DNA of 64,000 nt from an uncultured Verrucomicrobiae bacterium (GCA_963813025.1 CAWEXO010000002.1:99364-163363), one strand, 5' to 3'; shown: positions 20,278 to 31,440, counted from the first letter of the stretch. The notes: generated by a model not told the origin, from the letters alone. Made by a program: numbers and translations.

Positions 20278-21093
20278 TCATGAGTGCCCCGGGGTGGCCG
20301 CGGCAGGCGGCGCAGAGGTCGCTGGAGGATTTCCAGGCGTTGGCGCCGGCGGCTTGCCGCCGTTGGCCGAGGGAGCGGACGCCGGTTGGCCGGGTGGCGG
20401 CGGTTTCGCGGCAGTTTTGGTCAGATCCATCGGCGGAAGCTTCATCAATTCCGGGTAGGTCCATTGTTCCTTACGATCCTTCAGCTGATCCCGCATGTGC
20501 TTGACCATGTCTGCCGTGATCGGGGGCGCGTTGTTGCCCCATTCCGAGCGGACGTAAGTAAGAATCGATGCTAACTGCTGATCCGTGTACTGACCTTCCC
20601 AAGCCTGCATTGCGTTATTGAAGGTTTGGCCTTTGACCTGTACCGATCCCTGTAACCCCTTCAGCACGATCCCGATCAGCCGGTTGCTGGCTTCGCCGTT
20701 GACGAATTCTGAACCGGCTAACGGTGGATATTGCCCGGGAATTCCTAATCCAGTGGCTTGATGGCAGGTGATACAGTTCGCGGAAAAAAGGGCTTTCCCG
20801 ACTGCTCGCGGATCCGCCGGGGCGGCCGCCCCTCCCGCTTGAGCGCCAAACTTCGGCTGATAATCAAATACGTCGGCCGCAAATCCTCCGCTGAAGGAAA
20901 ACAGATAAGCGCCTGCCCAGAAGAGTCCGAGCAGCAGCAGGCCGAGCAGCCACTTTGGGACCGGAGCGTCCGCCACGGCCGGCATTGAAAACTCGGTCTC
21001 AAGCGCGTTTTGCTCTTGCTGCGCCGAGTCCGACTCAGGCCCGGCTGATCCGGCGGCGGACGGTTGTTCTGGATCGGTAAAAGATGCACTCAT
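20278..21093 (-). CDS. Membrane-anchored monohaem cytochrome c with a Pro/Ala-rich tail
   Basis: TM WLLGLLLLGLFW, CITCH, YPPLAGS, Met ligand in NNAM. Confidence 0.9.
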   Translation of the reverse strand: MSASFTDPEQPSAAGSAGPESDSAQQEQNALETEFSMPAVADAPVPKWLLGLLLLGLFWAGAYLFSFSGGFAADVFDYQPKFGAQAGGAAAPADPRAVGKALFSANCITCHQATGLGIPGQYPPLAGSEFVNGEASNRLIGIVLKGLQGSVQVKGQTFNNAMQAWEGQYTDQQLASILTYVRSEWGNNAPPITADMVKHMRDQLKDRKEQWTYPELMKLPPMDLTKTAAKPPPPGQPASAPSANGGKPPAPTPGNPPATSAPPAAATPGHS

Positions 21094-21713
21094 TCTTTCG
21101 GTTCAGGGGCCTCCGGCAACGGGTAGTCGCGCTTCAGCGATAGCAGATAGCCCACTAATTCGCGGGCTTGCCGGGTTGGAACGATCTCGTAGCCGGGCGG
21201 AGGCGCGTCCGATCCCTGCAGGTGCAGCGCATCCGCCGAAACCTGGCCAACGATCTTCCGCTCAGCGAAGAGCCAGGGATAAGCCGGCATGTTCGCTTCG
21301 GGGTTCATCTGCCTGGGATCAAACAACAAACGGTAAAACCATTGGGCATCGGTCTGACGCACGCCGACGTTGGTCAGATCCGGTCCTTGTCGCGAATCAC
21401 CAAGAAAAACTTGCCCGTCAAAAAGGTAATCGCGCGCGACTGTCCGCCGGTTACCCCATTTGCGTTCGATGTCGCTGCCTTCATTCTTGTCGCGAACAAA
21501 TTGGGTGTGGCAATTCACACAGCCATTTCCGGCGTACACGTGGTAGCCTTGAGCGGCCGTTCCGGGAATGCCCGGCGGAGCGATTGCCCCGGTGTTCTCG
21601 TCTTTGTGCGGCTGCAATGCCGCAAAGGTCAGGTAAGGATAAGCGACAAGGCCTAGCCAGGAGGCCCCAAACACCCCGAAAACGCCCAGGAAAAATGTAC
21701 TGAATCGGTTCAC
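21090..21713 (-). CDS. ccoO: cbb3-type subunit II-like monohaem cytochrome c (CcoO/FixO-like)
   Basis: GCVNCHTQFVR, GDSRQGPDLTNVG, ANMPAYPWLF. Confidence 0.85.
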   Translation of the reverse strand: MNRFSTFFLGVFGVFGASWLGLVAYPYLTFAALQPHKDENTGAIAPPGIPGTAAQGYHVYAGNGCVNCHTQFVRDKNEGSDIERKWGNRRTVARDYLFDGQVFLGDSRQGPDLTNVGVRQTDAQWFYRLLFDPRQMNPEANMPAYPWLFAERKIVGQVSADALHLQGSDAPPPGYEIVPTRQARELVGYLLSLKRDYPLPEAPEPKE

Positions 21714-23206
21714 GCGACGCCAACCTCCTGAGAGAGCGGTTCCGGTGCAGGCTCGCTTGGCTCCGCCTCGGCCGACACCGGTTCAACCAGAGGAATCGCC
21801 GGACCAAGCAGGATAATCAGGAATGACCAGATCGCGATCGCATTGGCCGCTAAGAGCACAAGCACGGCGACAAAGCGGAAAAGATAGAATGGGCCGGCCA
21901 GATCCGTTATCGCGTTGAATTCTATTTTTGCGTCGTTAAGGCCGAAGCCCTGGATTACGCCTCCCATAAAAGTGCTGACCGCTAAAAGCCCAAGTCCAAC
22001 GACAGTTAACCAGAAGTGAAACTGAATAGCGGCGCGGGAAAGCCACTTTCGCAGAAGTAGTCGCGGAACGATATAATAGATTGCTCCAAAGAGCGTCAGT
22101 CCGACAAAGCCAAAGATCGTTAGCAGCATCGGCAGCGATCCCGCCATCGTGAACTCCGTTACGCGATTGATCGTGCGGAACGCGGTGATCGCCTCCCACA
22201 CCCCGGTCGCCGTATAAATCATTGTTCCAATGACAATAAATCGAAGAACCAGGTTCCAGCTGAGTGCCTCGAAGTGATCGCCCAAAGTGCTGTGAAAATT
22301 CGCGGCGACGGCGGCGATCGGCAACACCATCAGCACCGTTGACACAATGCCGGAGGTCATCATCCAGGCCGGAAGCGGACCGGCCAGAATGTTCGTCATG
22401 CCGGTCCAACCACCCAAGATTGCCAAACCCCAGAAGCTGTTCAGCGCTAGTCGATAGCTGTGCAGCGGACGCCCAACCAGCTTCGGCAGAAAGTAAAACG
22501 CGATTCCGAGAGCGACCGGAGTCAGCCACAGATCTCGCACCACATTGACGTACCACCAGTGAATAGCGGGCTGGGCAACTCCCGATGCCTGGGATACGTT
22601 CAGCAGCAGATTGCCGGTGAGATACGCCCAGGAAAACCAGAAGAACGCCGCCACGAGGTACCAATGCGCGATGTACGTATTCCTCCGCCGCCAGTAAAGT
22701 CGCAGGACCCAGAGACTCATGATCGCCAGCGCAAGAAAAATGCTGAACCCGGCATAAGGATTAATATCGAGCAGCAGCCGACCCCTTCCGCCACCCGACA
22801 ACAGGCTGATCAAGCCGCAAAACAAACCCAGATTCCAAATCAATCCGGCATAGATCGGCAGCGGACCGGCAGGTTCCACTGAAGTACTGAGACGTCCAAG
22901 AATCCAGACGGCGGCGCCGATCCCGGCCATGGAGCACCAGCCGTAAACCAGCAGGTTGAGGGCGGCCGGATATGCACGACCGAAGGTAAGCCAAGGGACC
23001 TGGCTACCTGTCCACCAGGCATGGGGCGCGAATTGCTGCGCACTAGCGACTAAAAGAAGAAGGGAAGCGAGGAGCAACCAACCTAGCGCAGACCCGAAAA
23101 AGATCAGAACAGGCGTGCGCACCGGCCGGTCAAAGTCAGACGTCCGTGGCGGCAGTGTGGTATCGCGGTTTAAAGGCTCGGCATTCAGGATGGCGGGGCT
23201 GCTCAT
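21710..23206 (-). CDS. cbb3-type subunit I homologue (CcoN-like) lacking all haem and CuB ligands
   Basis: CcoN scaffold motifs WLTFGR, WWY, YFLPKLVGRPLHSYRL, LPAW, YYIVPRL and HFWL are retained; the ligand His positions are substituted. Confidence 0.85.
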   Translation of the reverse strand: MSSPAILNAEPLNRDTTLPPRTSDFDRPVRTPVLIFFGSALGWLLLASLLLLVASAQQFAPHAWWTGSQVPWLTFGRAYPAALNLLVYGWCSMAGIGAAVWILGRLSTSVEPAGPLPIYAGLIWNLGLFCGLISLLSGGGRGRLLLDINPYAGFSIFLALAIMSLWVLRLYWRRRNTYIAHWYLVAAFFWFSWAYLTGNLLLNVSQASGVAQPAIHWWYVNVVRDLWLTPVALGIAFYFLPKLVGRPLHSYRLALNSFWGLAILGGWTGMTNILAGPLPAWMMTSGIVSTVLMVLPIAAVAANFHSTLGDHFEALSWNLVLRFIVIGTMIYTATGVWEAITAFRTINRVTEFTMAGSLPMLLTIFGFVGLTLFGAIYYIVPRLLLRKWLSRAAIQFHFWLTVVGLGLLAVSTFMGGVIQGFGLNDAKIEFNAITDLAGPFYLFRFVAVLVLLAANAIAIWSFLIILLGPAIPLVEPVSAEAEPSEPAPEPLSQEVGVA

Positions 23207-23220
23207 GATATTGGCAACTT

Positions 23221-23649
23221 TCAGGAGTGATTCGGGGATGAGCCACCCGCAGGCGCGGGTGAGCCACCGACTGCCGCCGCGGGTGCTGGGCTCTTTGCCG
23301 GACTACTGGCCGGCGATGGACTTGGCGCCGGCGCGGTGACTGGACCGGCCGAATGCGGGTGATTGCTCTGCAAATCGGTGAGTTCCAGTCCCATGGCCCG
23401 ATCAATCGGGATTCCCACGACTCCGTTCTTGCGATCGATCCAATGATAGCTCGTGAAAATTTTCTGATTTTCGGCGTTCAGGTCTGCCAGATTTTTCAAG
23501 CGCTGTTCCGTGCGCAATTCGTCGTAGCTCTTGATTCCGCCCCGCCGCGAGACGATCACAAAGAGCAAGCCGCCAATAAGACACACCAGGATAAGGCTCC
23601 CGACAACGCTGAGAAACGTTGGACGTCCGTTTTGTGAATTTCCGTTCAT
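23221..23649 (-). CDS. ACIII-associated small membrane protein (ActG-like)
   Basis: One TM helix and YHWIDRKNGVVGIPIDRAM; directly after actF. Confidence 0.6.
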   Translation of the reverse strand: MNGNSQNGRPTFLSVVGSLILVCLIGGLLFVIVSRRGGIKSYDELRTEQRLKNLADLNAENQKIFTSYHWIDRKNGVVGIPIDRAMGLELTDLQSNHPHSAGPVTAPAPSPSPASSPAKSPAPAAAVGGSPAPAGGSSPNHS

Positions 23650-23656
23650 TAGTGCA

Positions 23657-24901
23657 CTAACCAGTACCCTCGTTCGATAGCCGAACACTCTCGAGCAGAC
23701 GCGGATCTCTGGCCGGAAACAGGTTCACTGAGCCAAGGGACCGCAAAAACAGGAACGCAAGCAGGCAGCCAATCGCCAGCAGGCTGAGTAGATCGAGAAT
23801 GCTGAACTGAAAGCCGGCCGGATGCAGGAAAGGCGAGACACTGACGTATGTGTCGATCATGTGCATTCCCAGTATCCAGTAGCACATAAGGCTGAGCAGG
23901 TGCGGGTTGCGCTTGGTGAACTCGAAAAGCAAGTACAGGAACGGGATAAAGAATCGCCCCACCACCATGATCGTACTCAGAACGTGCCACGACTCGATAT
24001 TGCGACGCAGGAACCATTCCGTCTCTTCCGGAATATTCCCGTACCAGATCAGCATGTATTGAGCAAAACCGATGTAGGCCCAGAAAATCGTGAAAGTCAA
24101 AAGCAGCTTACCCATGATCTGGTAATGCTCTGCGTTGACCCCAGCCAGGTAACCCGCGTTCTTCAGCCCGTAAACTACCAGGACGATTAAGGCCATCCCC
24201 GCTCCCGCTGATCCCGCAAAGATGTAGACACCCCACATCGTGGAAGCCCAGCGATAGTCAGGGGAAGAAACCCAGTCAAACGCGGCCAGGGTTGTGAAAA
24301 CCGCGAACAGGACAATACAAACGAACGACACTCCACGCATTTGAATTGACCAGTGCGGATCGCCATCGGAATCCTGGCGAACGGAGGTTCGCCGAAAATA
24401 AACGGCCACGCCTCCGAAAAACAGGAAATAGAGGACTGCCCGAATCCAGAAGAAGGGCACAGTCAAACCATCGAAATGCAGCACGAAGTAGCCGAGCTTG
24501 GCCTTCAGAGGCGGATCGATCGGAACATGGTGGCTTGCCGCAATCCAATTCCAGATGTCCTGACGAGCCAGGAAAAGCGGTATGAAGAACAAGATCATCC
24601 AGCGAAGCAACGCCGCCAGGTTTTCCATTTGCCGCCGTACCAGGATTCCCCAACCCGAATCAGTGGAATGATGAACAATGATCCAAAAGAAGCATCCGAT
24701 CAGAATCGTGAAAAAGTAGACGAATGCGAAAAGCCATGAAAACGCGAACTGACGCCGAGTTTCGCTGCCGGCCGGCGCAAGAAAGCCAGTCAGCAATGTC
24801 ACTGTCGCGCAGAAAATGCCGGCCCCAAGCAGGACCAACAGAAGCCGGCTGAGATTGGTGCCACGGAAGGTTTCGGCCGTTGGAACTAAATTATGGTTCA
24901 T
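23657..24901 (-). CDS. actF: Alternative complex III subunit ActF
   Basis: Polytopic; FDWVSS...WASTMWG, GKLLLTFTIFWAYIGFAQYMLIWYGNIPEE. Confidence 0.9.
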   Translation of the reverse strand: MNHNLVPTAETFRGTNLSRLLLVLLGAGIFCATVTLLTGFLAPAGSETRRQFAFSWLFAFVYFFTILIGCFFWIIVHHSTDSGWGILVRRQMENLAALLRWMILFFIPLFLARQDIWNWIAASHHVPIDPPLKAKLGYFVLHFDGLTVPFFWIRAVLYFLFFGGVAVYFRRTSVRQDSDGDPHWSIQMRGVSFVCIVLFAVFTTLAAFDWVSSPDYRWASTMWGVYIFAGSAGAGMALIVLVVYGLKNAGYLAGVNAEHYQIMGKLLLTFTIFWAYIGFAQYMLIWYGNIPEETEWFLRRNIESWHVLSTIMVVGRFFIPFLYLLFEFTKRNPHLLSLMCYWILGMHMIDTYVSVSPFLHPAGFQFSILDLLSLLAIGCLLAFLFLRSLGSVNLFPARDPRLLESVRLSNEGTG

Positions 24902-25584
24902 TTCTGGTTCTCGAGCGCCGGACGCAGGTTTGGTGGCACATCCGCAATCCTGGCGTACTGGCTTCGTTGCAGCGCTCGGATGTATGCGACGATCGCCCAT
25001 CGATCCTTCACCGTGACCTTGTCGCCATACGGCATCATCGTGTTATAACCGTGCGTGATCGTATTGAAAATCTGTCCGTCCGCCATTTGCCGGTATTTGT
25101 CCTGATGATAATTGGCGATGCCGTTCAGGCCATATTTGGAGGTAATGCCGTTTCCTTGCCCGGTAGCACCGTGACAGACCGCGCAGTTGATCGTGAATAC
25201 CTCCTGACCTCGCTGCAACAATGCCGCCGTAATGGGTAGCGGCAGACCCGTACCCCAGTTGTTACCCATTTTTCCAGTGTTATAGTAGTCAGTACCAGCC
25301 GTGAATTCGCCGATGGGTGACATGATATCATTGGGCGGATTGGAGTTTTGGGTCGGGTGGTCGGGAATGTCGTAACCAAGCGGAATCGTACCATCAACGG
25401 GAGGGCGAGCGGCCCGCCCGTCTGCGAAAAAAAGACTCGGCTTTTGGTACTTGATCTTGGACTGGCGTTTCATGTCACCGAAGAACTCGATCGGGGGCGT
25501 CGGGCGATGTTGTCCCTGAAAACCGAGCAGCGCCACGGACACCGCGCAAAGCAGCAGGAAACCGATCAAAAAATTCTTAATCAT
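24898..25584 (-). CDS. actE: Alternative complex III monohaem subunit ActE
   Basis: DMKRQSK, FFADGRAARPPVDGT, CAVCH, MMPYG, DRWAIVAYIRALQ. Confidence 0.9.
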   Translation of the reverse strand: MIKNFLIGFLLLCAVSVALLGFQGQHRPTPPIEFFGDMKRQSKIKYQKPSLFFADGRAARPPVDGTIPLGYDIPDHPTQNSNPPNDIMSPIGEFTAGTDYYNTGKMGNNWGTGLPLPITAALLQRGQEVFTINCAVCHGATGQGNGITSKYGLNGIANYHQDKYRQMADGQIFNTITHGYNTMMPYGDKVTVKDRWAIVAYIRALQRSQYARIADVPPNLRPALENQK

Positions 25585-26137
25585 TTTCGTGGAGCACCGT
25601 CACCTCTTTGCCGCCGATGCCCGCCAGGAACTCGCCGGTTTCGCTCTCGCGAAACTTTGGATCGATCGCATCGATCACGAGGAAGAAACCATCATCGGTC
25701 ACGCGTTTGAAAGGTGCGTGATCAAAGAGCGGATGATGCAAACGAGGCAAGCGATTCATCACGAAGACACCGAAAAAAGCGGTGAAAGCAGAAAACAGAA
25801 TCGTCAATTCGAACATGATCGGAAAAAACGCCGGCACGGTGAAAAAGTTTACCGGCTTTCCATGCACGATCAGCGGATTTAGGAAGGACGAAGGGATGAA
25901 TTCGAGGAGGGCCGCAGTCAGAAAACCGGTTAAGCCGCCAACAAAGATAATATAGCCCAAGGGTGATCTTTTAAGCCCCATCGCCTTGCTCATTCCGTGG
26001 ATTGGAAAGGGAGAATGAACGTCCCAGTATTTGTATCCACTGTCGCGCACCTGCTCGGCCGCACGATAGATCTCGGCCGCGGAGGCAAATTCCGCGACCA
26101 GGCCAAAGACTAGGGGTCGGGTAGCTATCGGGCTCAT
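25577..26137 (-). CDS. actD: Alternative complex III subunit ActD (DUF3341)
   Basis: [29 protein letters not shown] overlaps the actC stop. Confidence 0.9.
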   Translation of the reverse strand: MSPIATRPLVFGLVAEFASAAEIYRAAEQVRDSGYKYWDVHSPFPIHGMSKAMGLKRSPLGYIIFVGGLTGFLTAALLEFIPSSFLNPLIVHGKPVNFFTVPAFFPIMFELTILFSAFTAFFGVFVMNRLPRLHHPLFDHAPFKRVTDDGFFLVIDAIDPKFRESETGEFLAGIGGKEVTVLHEND

Positions 26138-27565
26138 GCTTCGGCTTGCTGGATCGTCTCGGGAACTCCGGTCGACGGAGGATGATAGTGCGGGTTGGCG
26201 ACCGGCAGGACACTTTTTACCTCGGACATCGCGACCATCGGGAGAAAACGAATGAACAGGAGGAAAAGACTGATAAAAATGCCGTGGGTACCAACGAAAG
26301 TAAAAACGTCCACCCAGGTCGGGTAATACATCCCCCAACTGGAGGGCAGGAAATCGCGGGTCAATGAGACCGCTATGATCACGAATCGCTCAAACCACAT
26401 TCCGGCGTTCACGCACATGCACACAAAGTAGACTGTCCAAACATTTCGCCGGAAAGCCCTTACCCAGAACAATTGGGGGATGATCACGTTGCAGGTGAAC
26501 ATTGACCACCCAGCCCACCAGTAAGGCCCGAAGTAGCGATTTAAAAAGATGAATCGCTCAAAGGGATTGGCGCCGTAATAGGCGACAAAAAACTCCATGC
26601 AATACGAGTACCCGACGATCGAGCCGGTCAGCAGGATGATCTTGCACATCACGTCGATGTGATTCCAGGTAAAGACGTCCTGCAGGCCGTAGAGGTACCG
26701 CGCCGGGATCATCAGGGTCAGGACCATGGCGAATCCACCGAAGATCGCGCCCGCCACGAAGTAGGGCGGGAAGATCGTCGTATGCCAGCCCGGGATCAGC
26801 GAGGTCGCAAAATCAAAGGACACGGTTGAGTGCACGGAAAGGACCAGCGGAGTGGAGATCCCGGCCAGAACGAGATACGCCATCTCGTAATGCCGCCACT
26901 GCCGATTTCCTCCGCGCCATCCGAGCGCCAGAACGCCGTAGACGAATTTGTTAAACCGGCTGCGAGCGCGATCGCGCATCGTGCCCAGATCCGGAACCAA
27001 GCCCAGAAACCAGAACAATACCGACACCGTAAAGTAAGTCGAGACCGCGAAAACGTCCCAGAGCAGCGGGCTCCGGAAGTTAGGCCAGATCCAGTTCGGC
27101 ACCGGCACTGGCGCCATGAACCAAACCATCCAGATGCGGCCAACGTGAATCGCCGGAAAGATTCCGGCGCAGATCACGGCAAACAAGCGTCATCGCTTCG
27201 GAGGATCGGTTGATCGAAGTCCGCCATTTCTGGCGTGTGAGAAAAAGGATCGCCGAGATCAGCGTACCGGCGTGGCCGATACCGATCCAGAAAACGAAGT
27301 TAGTGATATCCCACGCCCAACCAATCGGGATGTTGTTACCCCAGACACCTACACCGGTCCAAAGCAGGTAAATGATACAGAAAACACCGAAGCCGGCGAA
27401 GGATCCGGTGACCGCTATAGCAATCCACCACCAAAGAGGCGTTTTCCGTTCAACCCCTCCGGCGATCAGATTGGTCACCCAATGCATCGAGCGATTGTTC
27501 TCCACCAGCGGCGGTCGAGGCATCCGCTCGATGAACGGCGTCATTGTGGCATTGGATTCAGCCAT
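26134..27565 (-). CDS. actC: Alternative complex III subunit ActC (NrfD/PsrC family), split by a +1 frameshift near 27186
   Basis: [23 protein letters not shown]...EAMT in one frame continues as [17 protein letters not shown]...[10 protein letters not shown]...VLSVHS in another frame. Confidence 0.9.
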
Positions 27566-30500
27566 CAGGCGTTACCTCCGACGGGCTTGTTTTCGGCCTG
27601 CGATACTGGGGCCGGGACCTCGCTGACTTCAGGTTTGGTGTTTATTCGGCCAACCTTTGCGGCGCCAGGCATTTTCGGGTTTGGGTTTCGCAGCCGAGCC
27701 AGGTAGGTCGTCCGGGTGTTCAGGTTCAGGTACTTCAGCAGCTGGTAATTCTGAGGGAGGGCGCGCAGATGCGAAACGTGACTCGCCGGATCCTTAATAT
27801 CGCCAAAGACGATCGCCTCGTTCGGACAGACCTGTTGGCAAGCCGTCCTGATCGAGTCCGTGGGAAGCGACAAATCTTTTTCCACGCCCGCTTTGATCCG
27901 TTGGGAGATTTTTGCCGTCTCAATCCGCTGCACACAGTAGGTGCATTTTTCCATGACCCCGCGCATGCGAACCGTCACGTTCGGATTTTTCTGCAGCTTG
28001 GAAATTTCGTCCATTCCCCAATGGGCCAGCGGTCCGAGGTAAAGCTGTTGCTTTCCCTGGAAACCGGGTGCGCCGTGCTCGATCCGGTCAAGCACAGGGC
28101 GATCGTTGTAATTGAAGAAATTGAATCGGCGAACCTTAAACGGGCAATTGTTTGAGCAATAGCGAGTTCCGATACATCGGTTATAGACCATCACGTTCAA
28201 GCCTTCCTCGCTATGAACCGTGGCGTTCACCGGACAGACCGTTTCACAGGGAGCATTCTCGCAGTGCTGGCACATCAAGGGCTCCATCACCATAGCGGGA
28301 TCAGCCGCCAGATCCGGGCTTTTCCGGTCTCCCTCCGCAGTGGCAAAATAGCGGTCAACTCGGATCCATTGCATTTCCCGGAACGAATCGACCTGATCTT
28401 TGCCGACCACCGGCACATTGTTCTCGGCCTGGCAGGCGATCACGCAGGCTGAACAACCGGTGCACGTGTTCAAATCAACCACCATTGCCCATTGATTAGG
28501 CGCGTTCAGCGGCGGATGCGAGTAGAGCGAGACATTCGGCGGGATTTCTGCATCCATGCCCATCGTTTGGGCGAAGGCCGGATTTTTCGCGTAATCTTCC
28601 ACCGTGCCTTCGCGCACCAGGTTGCGGCCCTCCATGCTGTAGTGCAGTTGTGTTTGAACCAAATGATAGCCGTTCTTCCGTTGTAAACGGACCACCGCTC
28701 CGGTCGCGTAGTAGAGTGAGTCGGAAGTTCGCAGATCATAGGCGTTGAAACCGGTGTCGCGTCCGACCTTCCCAACAGCTCTCCGCCCATAGCCGAGACT
28801 GAGCGTGAGCGAATAATCCGCATGACCTGGCGCAACCATGATGGCGGCCAGCAATTTGCGATTTCCCACGCTGACCTCCACTAGATCGTTGTCGACGATC
28901 TGAAGAGCAGCCGACGTCGCCGGACTGATCAGCAGAGCGTTGTCCCAGGTCAGCTTGGTTATCGGATCAGGCATTTCCTGCAGCCAGGCGTTGTTGGTGT
29001 GGCGACCGTCCTCCACCTTGTAATCGGCTGGGAAAACAATCTCCAGAGCGCTCGGATTGGGCGGCGGAGGAGGATTGCCGGCCTGCGCAATCAACCTCGG
29101 CAAACCCTCGGGATTAAAGCCCCGGCTGGCAACCTGGTAGGAACTGTCGGGGGCAAAACCGTGCCGAAGCAGCGCGGTCCACCCGGTCTCGAAATCGGTC
29201 TCACGGTTGTAAGTCTTGAAGGTCTCGCGAACCGCTTCGCTGCCGTCAGGCACGCCCAGAAGACGGGTCAGGAGGTCTATCTGCGAAAGCCCGCCAAACA
29301 ACGGCAGGATCATGGGCTGAATCGGCAAATACGTGCCGTCAGTGCCGCGCTGGTCGCCCCACGATTCCAGAAAATGGGCCTCCGGCACATTCCAGTGTGC
29401 GCTTTCGGAAGTTTCGTTATCGTAGTAGCTCAAGCAGACAACTTCGGGAACCGAACGTTGGAGAGTTGTCCAATCCACATCCGCCGGAGCCGTGTAGCCC
29501 GGATTACCGGCCAGGATAAACAGGCGCTTAACTTTGCCTGCCTGGATGGCGCCGGCCAGATCGGATAAGCGACCGGCAGAAACGCGTGGCGCTTGCCAAA
29601 CACGCAGTGTCGACCCGAAGGCCTCCAGCGCATTGTTCATTGTCAGGACAACGCCCTGGACCCACGCGGGATAACGTTGCCCCAAGAGCACGATGCTACG
29701 GCTTTTGTGCGCCACCAAGTCGTTGGCGCATTCCATCAGCCACTTGTCATCGAACTGCGCCTGGCCGTCTCTCGCGAGCCGGGCAGCCAGTTCACCTAAA
29801 ACCCGATCGTTGGTCGCCCTAGCAACCTTTTGCGCCAGGGCGACGGCAAAGGCCGGGATCTGGGAGGCAGCGCAACGCAATCGATGATCGGCCATGCCGC
29901 CAGTGACCGTGTACCGGTTTTCTACGGCATACAGTCGAATCATGTTTTCGGCCGAGCCGTGGGCGCGCCGGCGCGCGCTGAAATTCCGAGCGCCATCAAC
30001 CGTCATTTCCACTCCCAAAAAATCCGCGTCCAGTGAGACAACGACGTCGGCATTTGCGAAATCCGGCCTCACAATGGAATCCGCTCCAAGCAATGCTTCC
30101 GTGGCACCGTAAACCTCTTGGAGCCCGAGTGGCTCGTCGACAAAAAAGGCGATTTGCGGAAACTGCCGCTTCAGCGCGCTCAGCAGGCGGTCGCGGGTTG
30201 GTGACCACTGCTCATCAAGCAGGATGGCGAGACCGGCTCCTTGACTGGTCTGGATTTCCGTGCGGACCGACTGCAAGTATTTCTCAAATTGTTCCGCAGT
30301 CGCTTCCTCGCCTCCCTGGTAAAACGCGCGCGACCGTTCCGGATCGTACAGCTCAAGAATCGCTGCCTGAGTGAGGGCGTCCGTCCCTCCACTGCTCGAC
30401 GGAAGCAAAGGATTGCCTTCGATTTTGGTCGGTCGGCCCTCGTACGTGGTTATAATGAGAGGAGTTCCACCTTGCCGGCCGGGAATAGCAGTGGTGTACA

Positions 30501-30789
30501 GGACCGCTTTGCCGGGAATCAACCATTCCACGCTCTTGGTGTAGGGAACGATATAGGTGGTTGGCCGGCGGCAACCCGAGAGACCGACTCCCGCCAAGGC
30601 CAGCGAAGCACCCATCACGCGAAGAAAATTCCGGCGAGAGACTCCATCCATCTCCAGCTGATCCGCTCCATCAGGAAACTCGCGCCTTAACCAGGACCGG
30701 AACGCCGGCGTATCGGCGAGTTCTTCCAGACTGCGCCAGTATTTTTTCCCGGTGAGTTCCTCAGGTGGATGATGAAAGATGCGTTTCAT
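27565..30789 (-). CDS. actB: Alternative complex III subunit ActB (molybdopterin-oxidoreductase-like plus Fe-S domain)
   Basis: YWRSLEEL, Tat/lipoprotein SRRNFL...[46 protein letters not shown]...ACQQVCP. Confidence 0.95.
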   Translation of the reverse strand: MKRIFHHPPEELTGKKYWRSLEELADTPAFRSWLRREFPDGADQLEMDGVSRRNFLRVMGASLALAGVGLSGCRRPTTYIVPYTKSVEWLIPGKAVLYTTAIPGRQGGTPLIITTYEGRPTKIEGNPLLPSSSGGTDALTQAAILELYDPERSRAFYQGGEEATAEQFEKYLQSVRTEIQTSQGAGLAILLDEQWSPTRDRLLSALKRQFPQIAFFVDEPLGLQEVYGATEALLGADSIVRPDFANADVVVSLDADFLGVEMTVDGARNFSARRRAHGSAENMIRLYAVENRYTVTGGMADHRLRCAASQIPAFAVALAQKVARATNDRVLGELAARLARDGQAQFDDKWLMECANDLVAHKSRSIVLLGQRYPAWVQGVVLTMNNALEAFGSTLRVWQAPRVSAGRLSDLAGAIQAGKVKRLFILAGNPGYTAPADVDWTTLQRSVPEVVCLSYYDNETSESAHWNVPEAHFLESWGDQRGTDGTYLPIQPMILPLFGGLSQIDLLTRLLGVPDGSEAVRETFKTYNRETDFETGWTALLRHGFAPDSSYQVASRGFNPEGLPRLIAQAGNPPPPPNPSALEIVFPADYKVEDGRHTNNAWLQEMPDPITKLTWDNALLISPATSAALQIVDNDLVEVSVGNRKLLAAIMVAPGHADYSLTLSLGYGRRAVGKVGRDTGFNAYDLRTSDSLYYATGAVVRLQRKNGYHLVQTQLHYSMEGRNLVREGTVEDYAKNPAFAQTMGMDAEIPPNVSLYSHPPLNAPNQWAMVVDLNTCTGCSACVIACQAENNVPVVGKDQVDSFREMQWIRVDRYFATAEGDRKSPDLAADPAMVMEPLMCQHCENAPCETVCPVNATVHSEEGLNVMVYNRCIGTRYCSNNCPFKVRRFNFFNYNDRPVLDRIEHGAPGFQGKQQLYLGPLAHWGMDEISKLQKNPNVTVRMRGVMEKCTYCVQRIETAKISQRIKAGVEKDLSLPTDSIRTACQQVCPNEAIVFGDIKDPASHVSHLRALPQNYQLLKYLNLNTRTTYLARLRNPNPKMPGAAKVGRINTKPEVSEVPAPVSQAENKPVGGNA

Positions 30790-31440
30790 TTAGCGATGGC
30801 AGCCGGCGCAATTCTGCGGCGGGTTGATATTCCACTGATCCTTGAGCTGCGCGCCGAGCTGCTGTTGGTCCTCGCCGGCCGGTTTCCAATCGAGATTAAA
30901 GACCTGGCTAATCGGACGTAGGTTGTTCTCGGGATGCCGGTGGCAGTTCAGGCACCAGCCCATCGTGAGCGATTCGTGCTGGTAGATCACGGCCATGTGA
31001 TTGACCGGACCGTGACAGCTCACGCAGCTGATGCCTCGATTGACGTGAACTGCATGGTTGAAGTAAGCAAAGTCAGGCACCTGGTGAATTCTGACCCAGT
31101 CAACGGGTTGGCCTGACTCCCAGCTCTGGCGCACCGCCGCCAGTTTCGGGTTATTCGATTGCACCTCCTGATGGCAATTCATACACGTCTGAGTCGTTGG
31201 GATATTCGAGTGCGAGGAAACCTCGACGTAGGAGTGGCAGTAGCGGCAGTCCATCCCGAGCTGAGTGACGTGGATGTCGTGCGGAAACGGCACCGGCTGG
31301 ACCGGCTGGTAACCTTTCCGCATGTAATCCGGCGTCAGATAGTACCAGTAGGCCGCTGAAGCGGCACTCCCAAGAACCAGAAGGCAAAACACCACCTTCA
31401 GTGGCAAGTAGTTTGTCCAGCGAGGGAAAAAATTAGCCAT
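30790..31440 (-). CDS. actA: Alternative complex III pentahaem cytochrome ActA
   Basis: One TM helix, PVQPVPFPH, five CxxCH motifs (CRYCH, CMNCH, CVSCH, CLNCH, CAGCH). Confidence 0.95.
   Translation of the reverse strand: MANFFPRWTNYLPLKVVFCLLVLGSAASAAYWYYLTPDYMRKGYQPVQPVPFPHDIHVTQLGMDCRYCHSYVEVSSHSNIPTTQTCMNCHQEVQSNNPKLAAVRQSWESGQPVDWVRIHQVPDFAYFNHAVHVNRGISCVSCHGPVNHMAVIYQHESLTMGWCLNCHRHPENNLRPISQVFNLDWKPAGEDQQQLGAQLKDQWNINPPQNCAGCHR

Noticed and set aside
19411..20283. Long antisense ORFs such as 19411-20283, 8586-9476 and 3126-3881
   Set aside because: Shadow frames of well-supported genes in GC-rich DNA, with no recognisable motifs.
21090..23206. Functional cbb3-type high-affinity oxidase
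   Set aside because: Subunit I lacks all haem and CuB ligands, and no dihaem CcoP or ccoGHIS genes are present.
27170..27200. Programmed ribosomal frameshift in actC
   Set aside because: No slippery heptamer or obvious stimulator; similar 1-nt indels elsewhere point to sequence error.
27565..30789. Active molybdoenzyme (nitrate, polysulfide or formate reductase)
   Set aside because: Context and motifs identify ActB, whose molybdopterin-like domain is known to lack the cofactor.
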